Source of the DNA: a bacterium ADurb.Bin157
GTDB taxonomy: Bacteria; Muiribacteriota; Ozemobacteria; Ozemobacterales; Ozemobacteraceae
Length of the DNA stretch: 64,000 bases
Direction: 5' to 3'
Assembly: GCA_002070375.1 (NCBI GenBank)
Contig: MWDD01000007.1
Location: 12,985 to 76,984, forward strand
The stretch's first letter is position 1. Every line of letters starts with the position of its first letter. The notes under the pieces were generated by a model. The model did no database searches. It had not been told where the DNA came from and saw nothing but the letters and a program-made list of their open reading frames with translations. A program made the position numbers and the translations under genes. Of the stretch, positions 9,792 to 19,732 are shown one piece after another.

Positions 9792-10373
9792 ATGACATCA
9801 TTAGCCTTTAAAAAAAAGATTATGATTCAAGAGGCTGTGGGAGCAACCAGCCTGAATGAATCTTATTTGGTAACAGATGCTGAAACAGGTTGCGGAATGG
9901 CGGTTGTTGAAGAACATGTTACTACTGCCCAAAAAGTTGCCAAAATGTTTATTGATAAATCTTTGTTGCCGACCAGTTTGACATTGAAAAACTGTGACGG
10001 TGATAAAATTCTTGATCTGTATCAACCGGCCTCTTTCTTTAGATCTGCATTCACGGTAAGAGATGCAAACGGGAAAATATTATGTGTGTTTAAACAAGCT
10101 TTTTCGCTTATTAAACCCTTAATTTATGTGGAAGATGAAAAAGGGCAAATTATAGGTCATATTAAAAGCGATTGGCGTTTCAGAAATTTTGTTTTTACAT
10201 CAGGAAGCGGTGAGACAATTTCTGCAATTAAACACAAGTTTATGGGTATCGCAAAGCATTTGCTCACTTCAGCCGATGATTACGAAGTTGAAATGTCGAA
10301 TACAGATGAAAACATGCTTTTAATTTCTATTGCAGCTGCAATATGTATAGATTTTTTCTATCACGAAAACTAA
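9792..10373 (+). CDS. phospholipid scramblase-family / LURP-one-like protein
   Basis: The C-terminal region TSADDYEVEM...LLISIAAAICIDFFYHEN resembles the scramblase-family C-terminus (by-eye comparison with PLSCR ...TDADNFGIQF...FLIDFMFFE). Confidence 0.5.
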   Translation: MTSLAFKKKIMIQEAVGATSLNESYLVTDAETGCGMAVVEEHVTTAQKVAKMFIDKSLLPTSLTLKNCDGDKILDLYQPASFFRSAFTVRDANGKILCVFKQAFSLIKPLIYVEDEKGQIIGHIKSDWRFRNFVFTSGSGETISAIKHKFMGIAKHLLTSADDYEVEMSNTDENMLLISIAAAICIDFFYHEN

Positions 10374-10382
10374 GCTAAATGA

Positions 10383-10410
10383 AAAACGGCGTTTATACGC
10401 CGTTTTTTTT
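10383..10410 (+). terminator. intrinsic terminator
   Basis: aaacggcgt-ttat-acgccgttt followed by a T-run. Confidence 0.8.
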
Positions 10411-10531
10411 TACACAGAAAATTGTGCATAATCAATATTACCTTAATTTCGTTAACAAGCTTTAAAATTATATCCCTAACTTTTTTTTATTAAATTTCAA
10501 ACTTGCTTTTGAATCAGATTATAAGTTAATC

Positions 10532-10672
10532 TTAGTATTCATCGAAATTCGCGAATCTGCCGCGATAAAAGATAACAAACTTGCAATGATTGCAGTTTAA
10601 GGTGAAATATGATGTGTGTTGGCCGGAATGTGACTTACGTACCATTGGAGCACTGCATTGTGGGCAAAGCAT
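10532..10672 (-). CDS. small zinc-ribbon protein (46 aa)
   Basis: MLCPQCSAPM...CNHCKF carries two CxxC pairs. The internal ATG at 10672 lies 8 nt after a strong AGGAGG. The longer 100-aa track ORF would overlap the neighbouring gene start. Confidence 0.4.
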   Translation of the reverse strand: MLCPQCSAPMVRKSHSGQHTSYFTLNCNHCKFVIFYRGRFANFDEY

Positions 10673-10766
10673 ATATAGAACCTCCTGTTCTTCTGGATAA
10701 CCTTGCGATAATCTTCCCTGTCTATTTTCAATATCGACACAATTGACCCAAAACTTTATACCTAAA

Positions 10767-12095
10767 ATGAAAAAAAATAAAAAAAGTTTAAAAATGTTTG
10801 TAAAGCCCATTATAATGAGCTTTTTGGGAATCATTTGTTTGCTTGCCGCTTATAAAATTTACCAAATGCCCGAAATGATTCTCAAAAACAACTTGGCTTC
10901 TTCAACCGAAACAATACTTAATCTTGCTTCTGAATCAGCATCTAATTATTTTGCGGGAATAAGAAACGAAATAACACTGCTGGCAAAAAAAAGCGAGATA
11001 TATAAAATTAGAAAGTCGGGTTTTGTAAAAAAAATACTTGAAGAATACAAAGAAAATACCGATGTTTTCGCTGCATCATTAGAAGTAGAAATTTCTCTTT
11101 TATTTAATTATATATCTGACTGGAACGAAACTTTCGATTATCTGAAAGATTTGCCTAAAGCATCTGAAAGACTTGTTTATAAAATACTTTCTTTTTATGA
11201 CGAAGATTCGTTTTTAGACGGAACACCGGAAGAAGTCGAAAGTTTTTACAGCTCCGGCGCTGCTTTTGATTATAAATCAGTTTTTGGAATAATAGAATCT
11301 ATTAAAGAGACTTCCGGTTTTATTTTTAACCTGTCTGAGGTATTTGCAGAGTTTGTTGACAAATTTGTGTTTTTATCGAAAAGCCTTCCTAATAATCCCG
11401 ATTTAACAAATCGAGTTTTGGCAATGGGGGTTGATAACGGAAGTATAAAGTCCTTAATAATTAAAGATAAAACCGGAGAAGAAGTGGCATCTTATAATAT
11501 AGATTCGGTGATATGCAACTCAGATAAAGATATAAAGCACATCATGAAAGGTTTTTCATTTTTCGGAGGCGAAGTCTGTTACAATAAAAAGGGTGATCCT
11601 TTTTGGTGGACAGCAGTTTCCTTAAGAGACGAAGAAAGAGAGACAGTAGGTTGTTTGACAGCTTTTGCAGATATGAGTTTTTTGTCAGAAACCGCGAATC
11701 GAAACAATGATTTTTTTGAAATAACATACTTAGACAAAAACGGAATAATAGTAGGCAGTGCAGATAAAACAAAAGTAAAAAATCAAGTTAACGGTTTCGA
11801 TTATTATGGCTTAAATAAAAATGAACCCACTGCATTTTGCCAAAAAATAATTAAAAATAAAGAAGGACAAAAAGTTTTTCAAAATTCAACAGCATTAAAG
11901 ACAAATCAAAAAACTTATGCTCCGAATTTGTTTGTTGTTGTTGAAACATATTTGTTTAAGTATTTGAATGATTTTTATTATACGTGTATACTTAGCGTGA
12001 TTATTCTTTCTTCTGTTGGCATATATTTTTTGTCAGTCGCCGGCTTGGGCTGGCTGGGGTTAGTTTGCCGGGAAACTGGAGTTTATGGGCTTTAA
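10767..12095 (+). CDS. membrane-anchored hypothetical protein with a large extracytoplasmic domain flanked by N- and C-terminal TM segments (sensor-like, no output domain)
   Basis: Start moved to MKKNKKSLKMF. It has an N-terminal TM (IIMSFLGIICLLAAY) and a C-terminal TM (CILSVIILSSVGIYFLSVAGLGWLGL). No cytoplasmic signalling domain is present. Confidence 0.65.
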   Translation: MKKNKKSLKMFVKPIIMSFLGIICLLAAYKIYQMPEMILKNNLASSTETILNLASESASNYFAGIRNEITLLAKKSEIYKIRKSGFVKKILEEYKENTDVFAASLEVEISLLFNYISDWNETFDYLKDLPKASERLVYKILSFYDEDSFLDGTPEEVESFYSSGAAFDYKSVFGIIESIKETSGFIFNLSEVFAEFVDKFVFLSKSLPNNPDLTNRVLAMGVDNGSIKSLIIKDKTGEEVASYNIDSVICNSDKDIKHIMKGFSFFGGEVCYNKKGDPFWWTAVSLRDEERETVGCLTAFADMSFLSETANRNNDFFEITYLDKNGIIVGSADKTKVKNQVNGFDYYGLNKNEPTAFCQKIIKNKEGQKVFQNSTALKTNQKTYAPNLFVVVETYLFKYLNDFYYTCILSVIILSSVGIYFLSVAGLGWLGLVCRETGVYGL

Positions 12096-13566
12096 AATAA
12101 ATTCAAAGATTATTATATTACTTATTGCAGTTGCATACAACGGAGTCGTGTTTGCATCAATTGAAGCAACAAATCTCATGTCAGAAGCCCTTAAACAAAG
12201 AAACACAGGAAACCTTAAAAAGGCCGTTACGCTTCTCAGAAAAGCTACATCACTTTCTGACAAAGGTAAACAGCGGAATTTGTCTATGTTTATGCTTGGG
12301 GACTGTTTTTTAGAAAGTGAAGATTATGAAAATGCTGTTAAAACATATGAAAGTATTTTAATAAATAAACTTACAGCAGAAGAAAAATCCGAAGCATTGT
12401 TTTGTCTCATGAAGGCTTACGCTTCGTTAGGCGATGCTGATAAAGTTACCCATACCTACAATAAAATGATGAAAGAGACACCTTCCGGTTCTTATTCTTC
12501 TTTGGCTAAAACTTTTTACTCAAGGTTTAGTGGTGTGTTTAGCGGGGTTGCCGGCGAAAATAAAAATACCCAACAAAAAACAAAAATTGTTGCAAAACCG
12601 ACTGCTGTAAAAATAAACCAAAAACAACAAAAACAAACAAAAACAAACACGCAAGTAAACAAAAATAAACAAATAAAGACTGATACAAACAAACAGACAA
12701 AACTTACGCAAACAAATATAAACACAAACAAACAATTACAAGAAGCTTTGGCTTTTGAGCCTGTTTCAGACACCAGAAAAGAAGAGCTGGTCAGCGAAAT
12801 ACTGGTGTTGCAAGATAAAATCAAAAATATTGGCGAAACAAAACCGGGTGCAGATGCTTTGTTATTTGAACTGGGAAAAAACACCTCCGACTTTGGAGAA
12901 CTTGTGGAAGCTTGCAAAATTTACGACAAACTTCTTTCTTTGCACCCGAATTCATCTTATGCAGAAAGAGCTTACTACGAAGCAATAAGATTAAGAGCCG
13001 TATTGGGCGTTCACGAAGCGGTAGTAGCTTGGGCAAAAGCTTTTAACGAAGCTTTTCCTTCTTCTGTCTATGCCTCAAAAGTTAAAGTTCTCTCCGAATA
13101 TTCAAAATCAGGCGGAAAAATAGCGGTAGAAAACAAAAAAACTATTTTACAAAAAGATAATTTTAGTCAAATTAAAGATAAAAATCTGTTGGTAAAAGAT
13201 GAAAGCTATATTATTGCATCTAAAAAAATGAAAGATGGTGATTACGAAAGTGCTCTTAAAGATTTTATGGGGTTAACTCGTGAATATTCCCAAGTGCCGC
13301 AACTTTGGTGGGACATTGCTCTTGTAAATGTGCAAACTGAAAACTTTAAGAATGCTTCAATTGCAATAAATAAGATGTTAAAATTAGACCCGGGTAATGA
13401 AGATGCCAGTTCTTTGTCGGGATACATACATTACCGATTAGAAGACTACGAAGAGGCTGCAAATGCCTACGAAAACGCCGGAGAACCGGACGGACAGGGT
13501 GTGAACTTTTACGATACAAAAAGTGCCTTGAAAAGAATGAAAAAATCTGTAAATACAACGTACTGA
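12085..13566 (+). CDS. TPR-repeat protein with internal K/Q/T/N low-complexity linker
   Basis: Signal-like N-terminus. TPR-like helices lie on both sides of QQKQTKTNTQVNKNKQIKTDTNKQTKLTQTNINTNKQ. It overlaps the upstream gene by 11 nt. Confidence 0.8.
   Translation: MGFKINSKIIILLIAVAYNGVVFASIEATNLMSEALKQRNTGNLKKAVTLLRKATSLSDKGKQRNLSMFMLGDCFLESEDYENAVKTYESILINKLTAEEKSEALFCLMKAYASLGDADKVTHTYNKMMKETPSGSYSSLAKTFYSRFSGVFSGVAGENKNTQQKTKIVAKPTAVKINQKQQKQTKTNTQVNKNKQIKTDTNKQTKLTQTNINTNKQLQEALAFEPVSDTRKEELVSEILVLQDKIKNIGETKPGADALLFELGKNTSDFGELVEACKIYDKLLSLHPNSSYAERAYYEAIRLRAVLGVHEAVVAWAKAFNEAFPSSVYASKVKVLSEYSKSGGKIAVENKKTILQKDNFSQIKDKNLLVKDESYIIASKKMKDGDYESALKDFMGLTREYSQVPQLWWDIALVNVQTENFKNASIAINKMLKLDPGNEDASSLSGYIHYRLEDYEEAANAYENAGEPDGQGVNFYDTKSALKRMKKSVNTTY
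12608..12740 (+). repeat. A/C-rich low-complexity DNA tract (aaacaaac-type) inside the TPR gene
   Basis: The run aaataaaccaaaaacaacaaaaacaaacaaaaacaaacac... contains almost no G or T. It generates spurious antisense ORFs (12516-12917 and 12520-12735). Confidence 0.8.
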
Positions 13567-13586
13567 CCAATTTAAGGAGCGTTTAT

Positions 13587-14645
13587 ATGAATAAAGATGC
13601 ATTGACAGCTGTACAGAAAATTATTGAAATCGGTGATGAAAAAAACGAAATCGGCGAATATGGCTTGGCCAGAAATGAATATTTAAGCGCGGTTTCTGAA
13701 TTAGAAAATACTAAAGAATCATCAAAAGAAAAAGATCAGCTGATGACTACAGTTAAAGATAAACTTAAAGCAATGGACGAAAAACTTGCCAAAGCTAACT
13801 ACGAAAAGGGCAAAGCCGCTGTTTATACAAAATCCTGGGAACTGGCTATAGAACATTTTGAAGAAGCAATAAGACTTGCTCCTGAAGAAAATATCGAGTT
13901 TTTGGAAAGAGCAAAAAAACAATTGGATAAAGCAAAAGCAAAAAGCGGCGATTACCAAATGTATATAGACATAAATTCTTTGGTCGAACGAGGAAACGAT
14001 TTTAAAGAATCCGGAAATTATGCTGAAGCCATTCTTGAATACGAAGCAGCTTATAAAATTATTGCTAATCTTCCGGAAGATCACAAATATGTCGTTTTTC
14101 TGAAAACTTCTTTGACTGAATGCAGAAGAAACATTATAAGACCTTACTTAGCCAAAATTTACAGAGCTTACAATAAAAAGAAATTCTCGCATGCTGCAAC
14201 ATTATTGCAAAAAGCATCTAATCTTATAGATAAAAAAGACAACGTTTATAAAAGGTTCCTTGATAAAATTAATGAAAAAATCGCGATAAACATAGAAGAA
14301 ACAGATGTGCAATCAGACGAAATAGATAATTCGCCGGTCTGGGAAAAAGCAGTAAAAGATTACGAAGAAGCATTAGACCTATATTCTTCTTTTGTGGCTG
14401 TTGATCCGCTGGCTCCGGCTTATAATAATAAAAATATCTACGAAGATAAATTTGTGGAATCAAGAAAAAAGCTGGGTAAACTATATAAAACTCGTGCCGA
14501 TAACTACCGCGACAGCAATAAAATTGATAAGGCAATTAAGAACTACAAAGAAGCTTTAAGACTTCTGCCAAAAACTGATAAGATGTTCCACGAGGCGTTC
14601 AGTGAAATTAAAAAAATGCGAGCGCAAATAACCGAAAATCAATAA
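13587..14645 (+). CDS. TPR-like / coiled-coil hypothetical protein
   Basis: 352 aa, helical and K/E-rich. Repeated ...YEEA... / ...A...Y..A..L.P... patterns look TPR-like. Confidence 0.65.
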   Translation: MNKDALTAVQKIIEIGDEKNEIGEYGLARNEYLSAVSELENTKESSKEKDQLMTTVKDKLKAMDEKLAKANYEKGKAAVYTKSWELAIEHFEEAIRLAPEENIEFLERAKKQLDKAKAKSGDYQMYIDINSLVERGNDFKESGNYAEAILEYEAAYKIIANLPEDHKYVVFLKTSLTECRRNIIRPYLAKIYRAYNKKKFSHAATLLQKASNLIDKKDNVYKRFLDKINEKIAINIEETDVQSDEIDNSPVWEKAVKDYEEALDLYSSFVAVDPLAPAYNNKNIYEDKFVESRKKLGKLYKTRADNYRDSNKIDKAIKNYKEALRLLPKTDKMFHEAFSEIKKMRAQITENQ

Positions 14646-14653
14646 TACCTTTC

Positions 14654-16945
14654 ATGAATAGATCTGATAACATTCTAAGCTCCGGTGAAATAATTAAGCT
14701 GGCTGAAAAACCTTCCTCACTGATTCCCTTATGGGAATTCTTGATGGCATTGATTTTTGCTCTTACTTTTTCCTTGTTGTTCTATTTCGGGAAGTTTACA
14801 ACCTTTGAAAATGCAACAATAGACTTTAGGTTTAAGCAAAGGGGAGAGCTTCAGCGAAATCAATACATTGTTTTGGTTAACATAACCGACGACTGCATTA
14901 ATGAGTTGGGTGCCTGGCCATGGAAAAGAGAGCAACACGGAAAACTTCTTTCTGTATTAAATAATGCAGGAGCCAAAACAGTCGCTTTTGATATTATGTT
15001 CACCGAAGACTCACTAATAGGATGTGAGGACGATATTGAATTTGCTAAGCAAATCCAATCGTTTAAAAATGTGGTTTTGCCTTTGGTTATAACCAAAAAG
15101 CATATATTGGATCCCGAAACATTCGAAATGATCGAAAAAATAGTTCCCGATCGACCTTGTAGAGCCTTGCAAAAGGCTATGCCCTATGAAGGATTTATAG
15201 ACTTAGAATATAAGACCCTTAATCCCGACGGAGTAATCAGAAAGCTCTTGCTTTACAAACCGGCGGGTGATTTCGGAAGCTATATTTTTGGAATAGCGGC
15301 GGCTTCAGCTTATTTGAATATAACTCCTTCAATAGAAAAATACGGAATGATGGTTGGTGACAGGCTTTTGCCTTTCCATGAATCTTATGAACCCGAAGCC
15401 GGCGAAACAGTTAAATCTTACATGATAAACTACGCCGGAAGTACACATCACTTCGATGAAATAAGCTACGCAGACGCTCTCAAAGGAAGATTTCCCGACA
15501 GATATTTCGAAAACAGACTGGTATTAATAGGAACCAGAGCAAAAGGAATTTCCGAAGATGTTAAATTTTCACCCTTTGGAGCTATTTCAGGAGTAGAGAT
15601 ACATGCAAATTTACTTCATAATATCTTAAGCCGAAGATTTTTAACAAGAAATTCTACAACAACGACGATTCTTGTTATATTTATCTTTGCTCTGGCTATT
15701 GCTTACGCTTTATGGAAATCCAGACGATTCTTTTTTGATATAATAACTTTGCTTTCTGCCGCCTTATGGGCAGTCTCTGCAATTGTTATGTTTTATTTCG
15801 ATATTGTTATAGAAATAACTCCTGTTCTGTTTATGGTACCTATTCAGTGGGCTTTAACAAGACTTATACAGCAGTTTCAGAGTTTGCGCGAAAAGAACTA
15901 TGATTTAGCCAGAAAAGTCAGAGAATTGGCTATAATAAACGAAGTTACCCAGGCAGTCAGTTTCATGGGAGACCTTGGAAAAACCCTCGATGCAATAGTC
16001 AGCCGGGGAGTTCAAGTGCTTAACGCGCAAAGAGGCTCTATTTTTCTGCTGGATGAAAAATATGAAGAATTGGTAGAAAAATCGGTTATTTACGGGGTTA
16101 ATGGTGAAATTAAAATAGATAACGATTTACGAAATCAGTTTAAAAGCGGCAAAGGCATAGCCGGCGAAGTTTTTAACAGCGGAAAACCAAGATTAATACA
16201 AAACATCAGAAAAGATAAATCTTTTGAATTCAGAGATTCTGAAAGAGATAATCTTAAAAGCATGATTTGTGTACCTCTTGTAATAAACGACATTCCGATA
16301 GGTGTAATGAATGTTGTAAATAGGGTCGAGGGGCGCTTTAATAACGATGATCTTCAAACTGCCCTTACTATGGCTAATCAGGCTGCAGTTGTTATTGAAA
16401 AAGCGAGACTTTATAATTTGGCGACAATTGACGGTTTAACCGGACTTGTTGTCAGGAGACATTTTCAGGCAAAAATTGAGGAAGAGTTCAGACGCGCAAG
16501 ACGTTATGACAAACCCTTATCTTATTTAATGACAGACATTGACCATTTTAAAAAGTTTAACGATACTTATGGCCATCAAACCGGTGATATGGTTTTGAGA
16601 GAAGTTGCCAAAATTGTGATTAAAAGCGTGCGAGATACAGACATCGCGGCTAGATACGGCGGAGAGGAATTTGCTGTAATATTGCCTGAAACTGAACCGG
16701 ATGGTGCTATGCTTTTTGCGGAAAGATTAAGACAAAGTGTTCAAGACGCTGTTTTTAGCGGGCCTACCGGTGATTTAAAGGTTACTGTCAGCGTTGGAGT
16801 CAGTTCTTTTCCCTTAAACAACCCAAATTCAGCGACAGAAATGATAAAGTTGGCAGATGATGCTTTGTATGTTTGTAAGAAAAATGGTCGAAACAGAGTT
16901 GAAATTGCTGTAATCGACGATAAAACAAATAGTTTAAATACTTGA
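14654..16945 (+). CDS. CHASE2-GAF-GGDEF diguanylate cyclase
   Basis: The N-terminal CHASE2 signature is ELGAWPWKREQHGKLL..AGAKTVAFDIMF. TM segments, a GAF region and a GGDEF domain follow, with an intact RYGGEEFAVILPE active site. Confidence 0.9.
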   Translation: MNRSDNILSSGEIIKLAEKPSSLIPLWEFLMALIFALTFSLLFYFGKFTTFENATIDFRFKQRGELQRNQYIVLVNITDDCINELGAWPWKREQHGKLLSVLNNAGAKTVAFDIMFTEDSLIGCEDDIEFAKQIQSFKNVVLPLVITKKHILDPETFEMIEKIVPDRPCRALQKAMPYEGFIDLEYKTLNPDGVIRKLLLYKPAGDFGSYIFGIAAASAYLNITPSIEKYGMMVGDRLLPFHESYEPEAGETVKSYMINYAGSTHHFDEISYADALKGRFPDRYFENRLVLIGTRAKGISEDVKFSPFGAISGVEIHANLLHNILSRRFLTRNSTTTTILVIFIFALAIAYALWKSRRFFFDIITLLSAALWAVSAIVMFYFDIVIEITPVLFMVPIQWALTRLIQQFQSLREKNYDLARKVRELAIINEVTQAVSFMGDLGKTLDAIVSRGVQVLNAQRGSIFLLDEKYEELVEKSVIYGVNGEIKIDNDLRNQFKSGKGIAGEVFNSGKPRLIQNIRKDKSFEFRDSERDNLKSMICVPLVINDIPIGVMNVVNRVEGRFNNDDLQTALTMANQAAVVIEKARLYNLATIDGLTGLVVRRHFQAKIEEEFRRARRYDKPLSYLMTDIDHFKKFNDTYGHQTGDMVLREVAKIVIKSVRDTDIAARYGGEEFAVILPETEPDGAMLFAERLRQSVQDAVFSGPTGDLKVTVSVGVSSFPLNNPNSATEMIKLADDALYVCKKNGRNRVEIAVIDDKTNSLNT

Positions 16946-16992
16946 ATTTATCTGATATATTGTTTTAAAAATATCTACCGCGAGGTTTTACT

Positions 16993-17277
16993 TTGGAAAA
17001 CAAAAAAGAACAGGTTGTTATTACGGTCCTGGGAATAAGCAAACCCGGTATCTTGGCCGGCATAACCCGAGCAATAGCAGATTCAAACGTTAACGTAGAA
17101 GATGTGAGCCAAAAAATTATGCAGGGTTATTTTGCTCTTATGATGATGACTGACTTTGCAGGAGCAAATTGCAGCTTCGAAGAGTTTCAAAACAGAATGC
17201 AAGCTGTTTCTGATCGATTGCAGGTGAAGACTTTTATACAGCATGAAGATGTTTTTAGATTCCAGCATAGACTGTGA
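16993..17277 (+). CDS. ACT-domain protein (UPF0237 type)
   Basis: 94 aa with VVITVLGISKPGILAGITRAIADSNVNVEDVSQ. TTG start. It is paired with a UPF0210 gene, as seen in many genomes. Confidence 0.75.
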   Translation: MENKKEQVVITVLGISKPGILAGITRAIADSNVNVEDVSQKIMQGYFALMMMTDFAGANCSFEEFQNRMQAVSDRLQVKTFIQHEDVFRFQHRL

Positions 17278-17291
17278 CGGAGGAATAAAAA

Positions 17292-18653
17292 ATGCTTTTC
17301 TCTTTAGAAGAAGTAATTGACACCATTAGTGCGGTAGGTGTCGAAACATTTGATATTCGTACTATCACATGTGGAATCAATATAATGAGTTGCGCTGATT
17401 CTGATGTTAATAGGTGTGCCGATAAAGTTTACGAAAAAGTCGTGAGAGTGGCCCGTGATATAGTGCCTACTGCGCGAATCCTCGAAAAACGTTATGGTAT
17501 TCCTATTGTAAACAAAAGAATTTCAGTGACTCCCGTGTCTTTTTTGGCATCTGCTTTTACCGAACCTACTGCGGTACCGATTGCAAAAGCACTCGACAGA
17601 GCAGCAAAAGAGCTTGGCATAGATTACGTTGCCGGTTTTTCTGCGCTTATTCAAAAAGGGTTTTCTCGCGGAGACCAAATACTTATTAATTCAATTGCAG
17701 ACGCTTTATGTAACACAGAAAGAGTTTGCTCAAGCGTTAATATTGGCACCTCTCAAGCCGGAATAAACATGGATGGTGTTTATCGAATGGCTGAAGTTGT
17801 TAAAGAAGCTGCCCAAAGATCTGCCGATAAAAACGGCCTAGCTTGCGCTAAGTTGGTAGTTTTCTGTAACGCGGTTGAAGATAACCCCTTTATTGCAGGC
17901 TCGTTTTTAGGGCCGGGTGAAGCCGAAGCTATTTTAAATGTGGGTATCTCAGGCCCCGGAGTAGTAAGAGCAGCACTGGAAAACTCTGAAAACCTTTCTA
18001 TTGGCGAACTTTCCGAATTAATTAAAAAAATCAGCTTTAAAATTACCAGAACAGGCGAACTGGTTGGCCGCGAAGCTTCAAAAATGACAGGAATCCCATT
18101 CGGGATAATTGACTTGTCATTGGCTCCGACTCCTGCTCAGGGCGATTCAATAGCGGATATTCTCGAACTTATGGGCTTAGAGAGAACCGGCTGTCATGGT
18201 ACAACTGCATGTCTGGCCATGCTCAACGACGCTGTTAAAAAAGGCGGTATGATGGGGGCCACTTATGCGGGCGGTTTATCCGGAGCTTTTATTCCTTTAA
18301 CCGAAGACGCGGGAATGTGCAGAGCAGTAAGTGAAGGCGCTTTAAATATCCAAAAACTTGAAGCTATGACTTGTGTTTGTTCTGTTGGCCTCGATATGGT
18401 GGCTATCCCCGGAGACACCTCAGTAGATGTAATCGCCGGTATTATAGCTGATGAAGCGGCAATAGGAATGATAAATCATAAAACTACGGCGTGCCGATTG
18501 ATTCCCGTTCCCGGAATGAAAGCCGGCGACGAAGTTGATTTTGGCGGCTTATTGGGTAAAGGACCAATAATCGCTGTCGGAAAACAATCTCCGAAAAAGT
18601 TTGTGACAAGAGGCGGCAGAATTCCCGCTCCTGTGCACAGTATGAAGAATTGA
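17292..18653 (+). CDS. UPF0210 (DUF711, PFL-like) family protein
   Basis: 453 aa. FDIRTITCGINI...IPIVNKRISVTP...GGLSGAFIPLTED are typical UPF0210 blocks. Confidence 0.85.
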   Translation: MLFSLEEVIDTISAVGVETFDIRTITCGINIMSCADSDVNRCADKVYEKVVRVARDIVPTARILEKRYGIPIVNKRISVTPVSFLASAFTEPTAVPIAKALDRAAKELGIDYVAGFSALIQKGFSRGDQILINSIADALCNTERVCSSVNIGTSQAGINMDGVYRMAEVVKEAAQRSADKNGLACAKLVVFCNAVEDNPFIAGSFLGPGEAEAILNVGISGPGVVRAALENSENLSIGELSELIKKISFKITRTGELVGREASKMTGIPFGIIDLSLAPTPAQGDSIADILELMGLERTGCHGTTACLAMLNDAVKKGGMMGATYAGGLSGAFIPLTEDAGMCRAVSEGALNIQKLEAMTCVCSVGLDMVAIPGDTSVDVIAGIIADEAAIGMINHKTTACRLIPVPGMKAGDEVDFGGLLGKGPIIAVGKQSPKKFVTRGGRIPAPVHSMKN

Positions 18654-18701
18654 CTTGTAACAAATATTCTCTCAATAACGTATTATTAGTGGTGAGCTCA
18701 A

Positions 18702-19256
18702 ATGCTGAAAAGAAATAAGCCCGACTGCGCCGATTTGATTGCCAAAGCAAAATTAGGTAATTCTGACGCTTTCGCCGACATTATTAAACAGTATTATGGG
18801 CTTGTCATGCACTATCTTTTAGGTATGGGCGTAAAGCATTCGGATGCGGAAGATGTGGCTCAGGAAGCTTTTATAACATTGTTTCGTAAGATTGATCAGG
18901 TAACGAATCCGGCTACTTTTACCGCTTGGTTATTGAGGATTTCACGCAATCTGTTCATTGACAAAATTCGAAAAGAAAAAAAGATAGATGTCTCCGGCAA
19001 TCAATTTGAACTTGAATTATTGACCTCTAACTTGACTCCTGAGTCTGAGGTTGTTTCTAATTCTGAGGTAAGCGATATATTTGCGGGTCTTAAGTCCAGA
19101 GAACGCGTTATTCTTGAACTGAGAGTTTTTCAGAATATGTCCTTTGCTGAAATAGGCGAGGTTCAGGGAATGACCGAAGGTAATGTCAGATTGGTTTTTC
19201 ATAGGTTGATTTCTAAGTTGCGAGACAGGTTAGCAAAAGAATTTGGTAGGTTATAA
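18702..19256 (+). CDS. ECF-type RNA polymerase sigma-70 family factor
   Basis: Region 2 reads DAEDVAQEAFITLF...FTAWLLRISRNLFIDKIR. Region 4 reads MSFAEIGEVQGMTEGNVRLVFHR. Confidence 0.85.
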   Translation: MLKRNKPDCADLIAKAKLGNSDAFADIIKQYYGLVMHYLLGMGVKHSDAEDVAQEAFITLFRKIDQVTNPATFTAWLLRISRNLFIDKIRKEKKIDVSGNQFELELLTSNLTPESEVVSNSEVSDIFAGLKSRERVILELRVFQNMSFAEIGEVQGMTEGNVRLVFHRLISKLRDRLAKEFGRL

Positions 19257-19258
19257 GC

Positions 19259-19732
19259 ATGGACGAAAAAGAATGCAAAAACATAACTGAACAGTTAACC
19301 GATCCTCAAAATATAAATGAGGCCGGTAAAAAGCACATTAAAGTTTGTAAAAAATGTGCGTCAACCGTTTCTTTGCTTCTAACCTTAAAAGCAGGCCCTG
19401 CGCCCACTGCCGGGCTTGTACCGTCTCCGGCTTTTATTAATTCTGTATTAGCCAGAATCGGCATTAAAAGCGCCGTAGCGTCTTCTGCCGCCACGGCAGC
19501 GGTTACTTCAAAATCTGTTGTGGCAGCAATAGTTGCTTTGGGTGTGGCGGTGGTATTAGGCCTAGGATTAACTCTCGGCACAGACGATTCTTTCAACAAT
19601 ATTCTCAAAAGTCAAAAAAGCGAGTCTGCTAAAAGAAATATAATAGAAATAGAATTATTAGAACTGGAAGCGCTTAAAAATATAAAGTCTCCTGTTTTGA
19701 AATTTGATTCTCCTGCCAATGAAACAAAATAA
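19259..19732 (+). CDS. anti-sigma factor (zf-HC2 type, single TM)
   Basis: Has the H-x3-C-x2-C motif (KHIKVCKKCAS) and an Ala/Val-rich TM segment. It lies 3 nt after the sigma gene. Confidence 0.7.
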   Translation: MDEKECKNITEQLTDPQNINEAGKKHIKVCKKCASTVSLLLTLKAGPAPTAGLVPSPAFINSVLARIGIKSAVASSAATAAVTSKSVVAAIVALGVAVVLGLGLTLGTDDSFNNILKSQKSESAKRNIIEIELLELEALKNIKSPVLKFDSPANETK

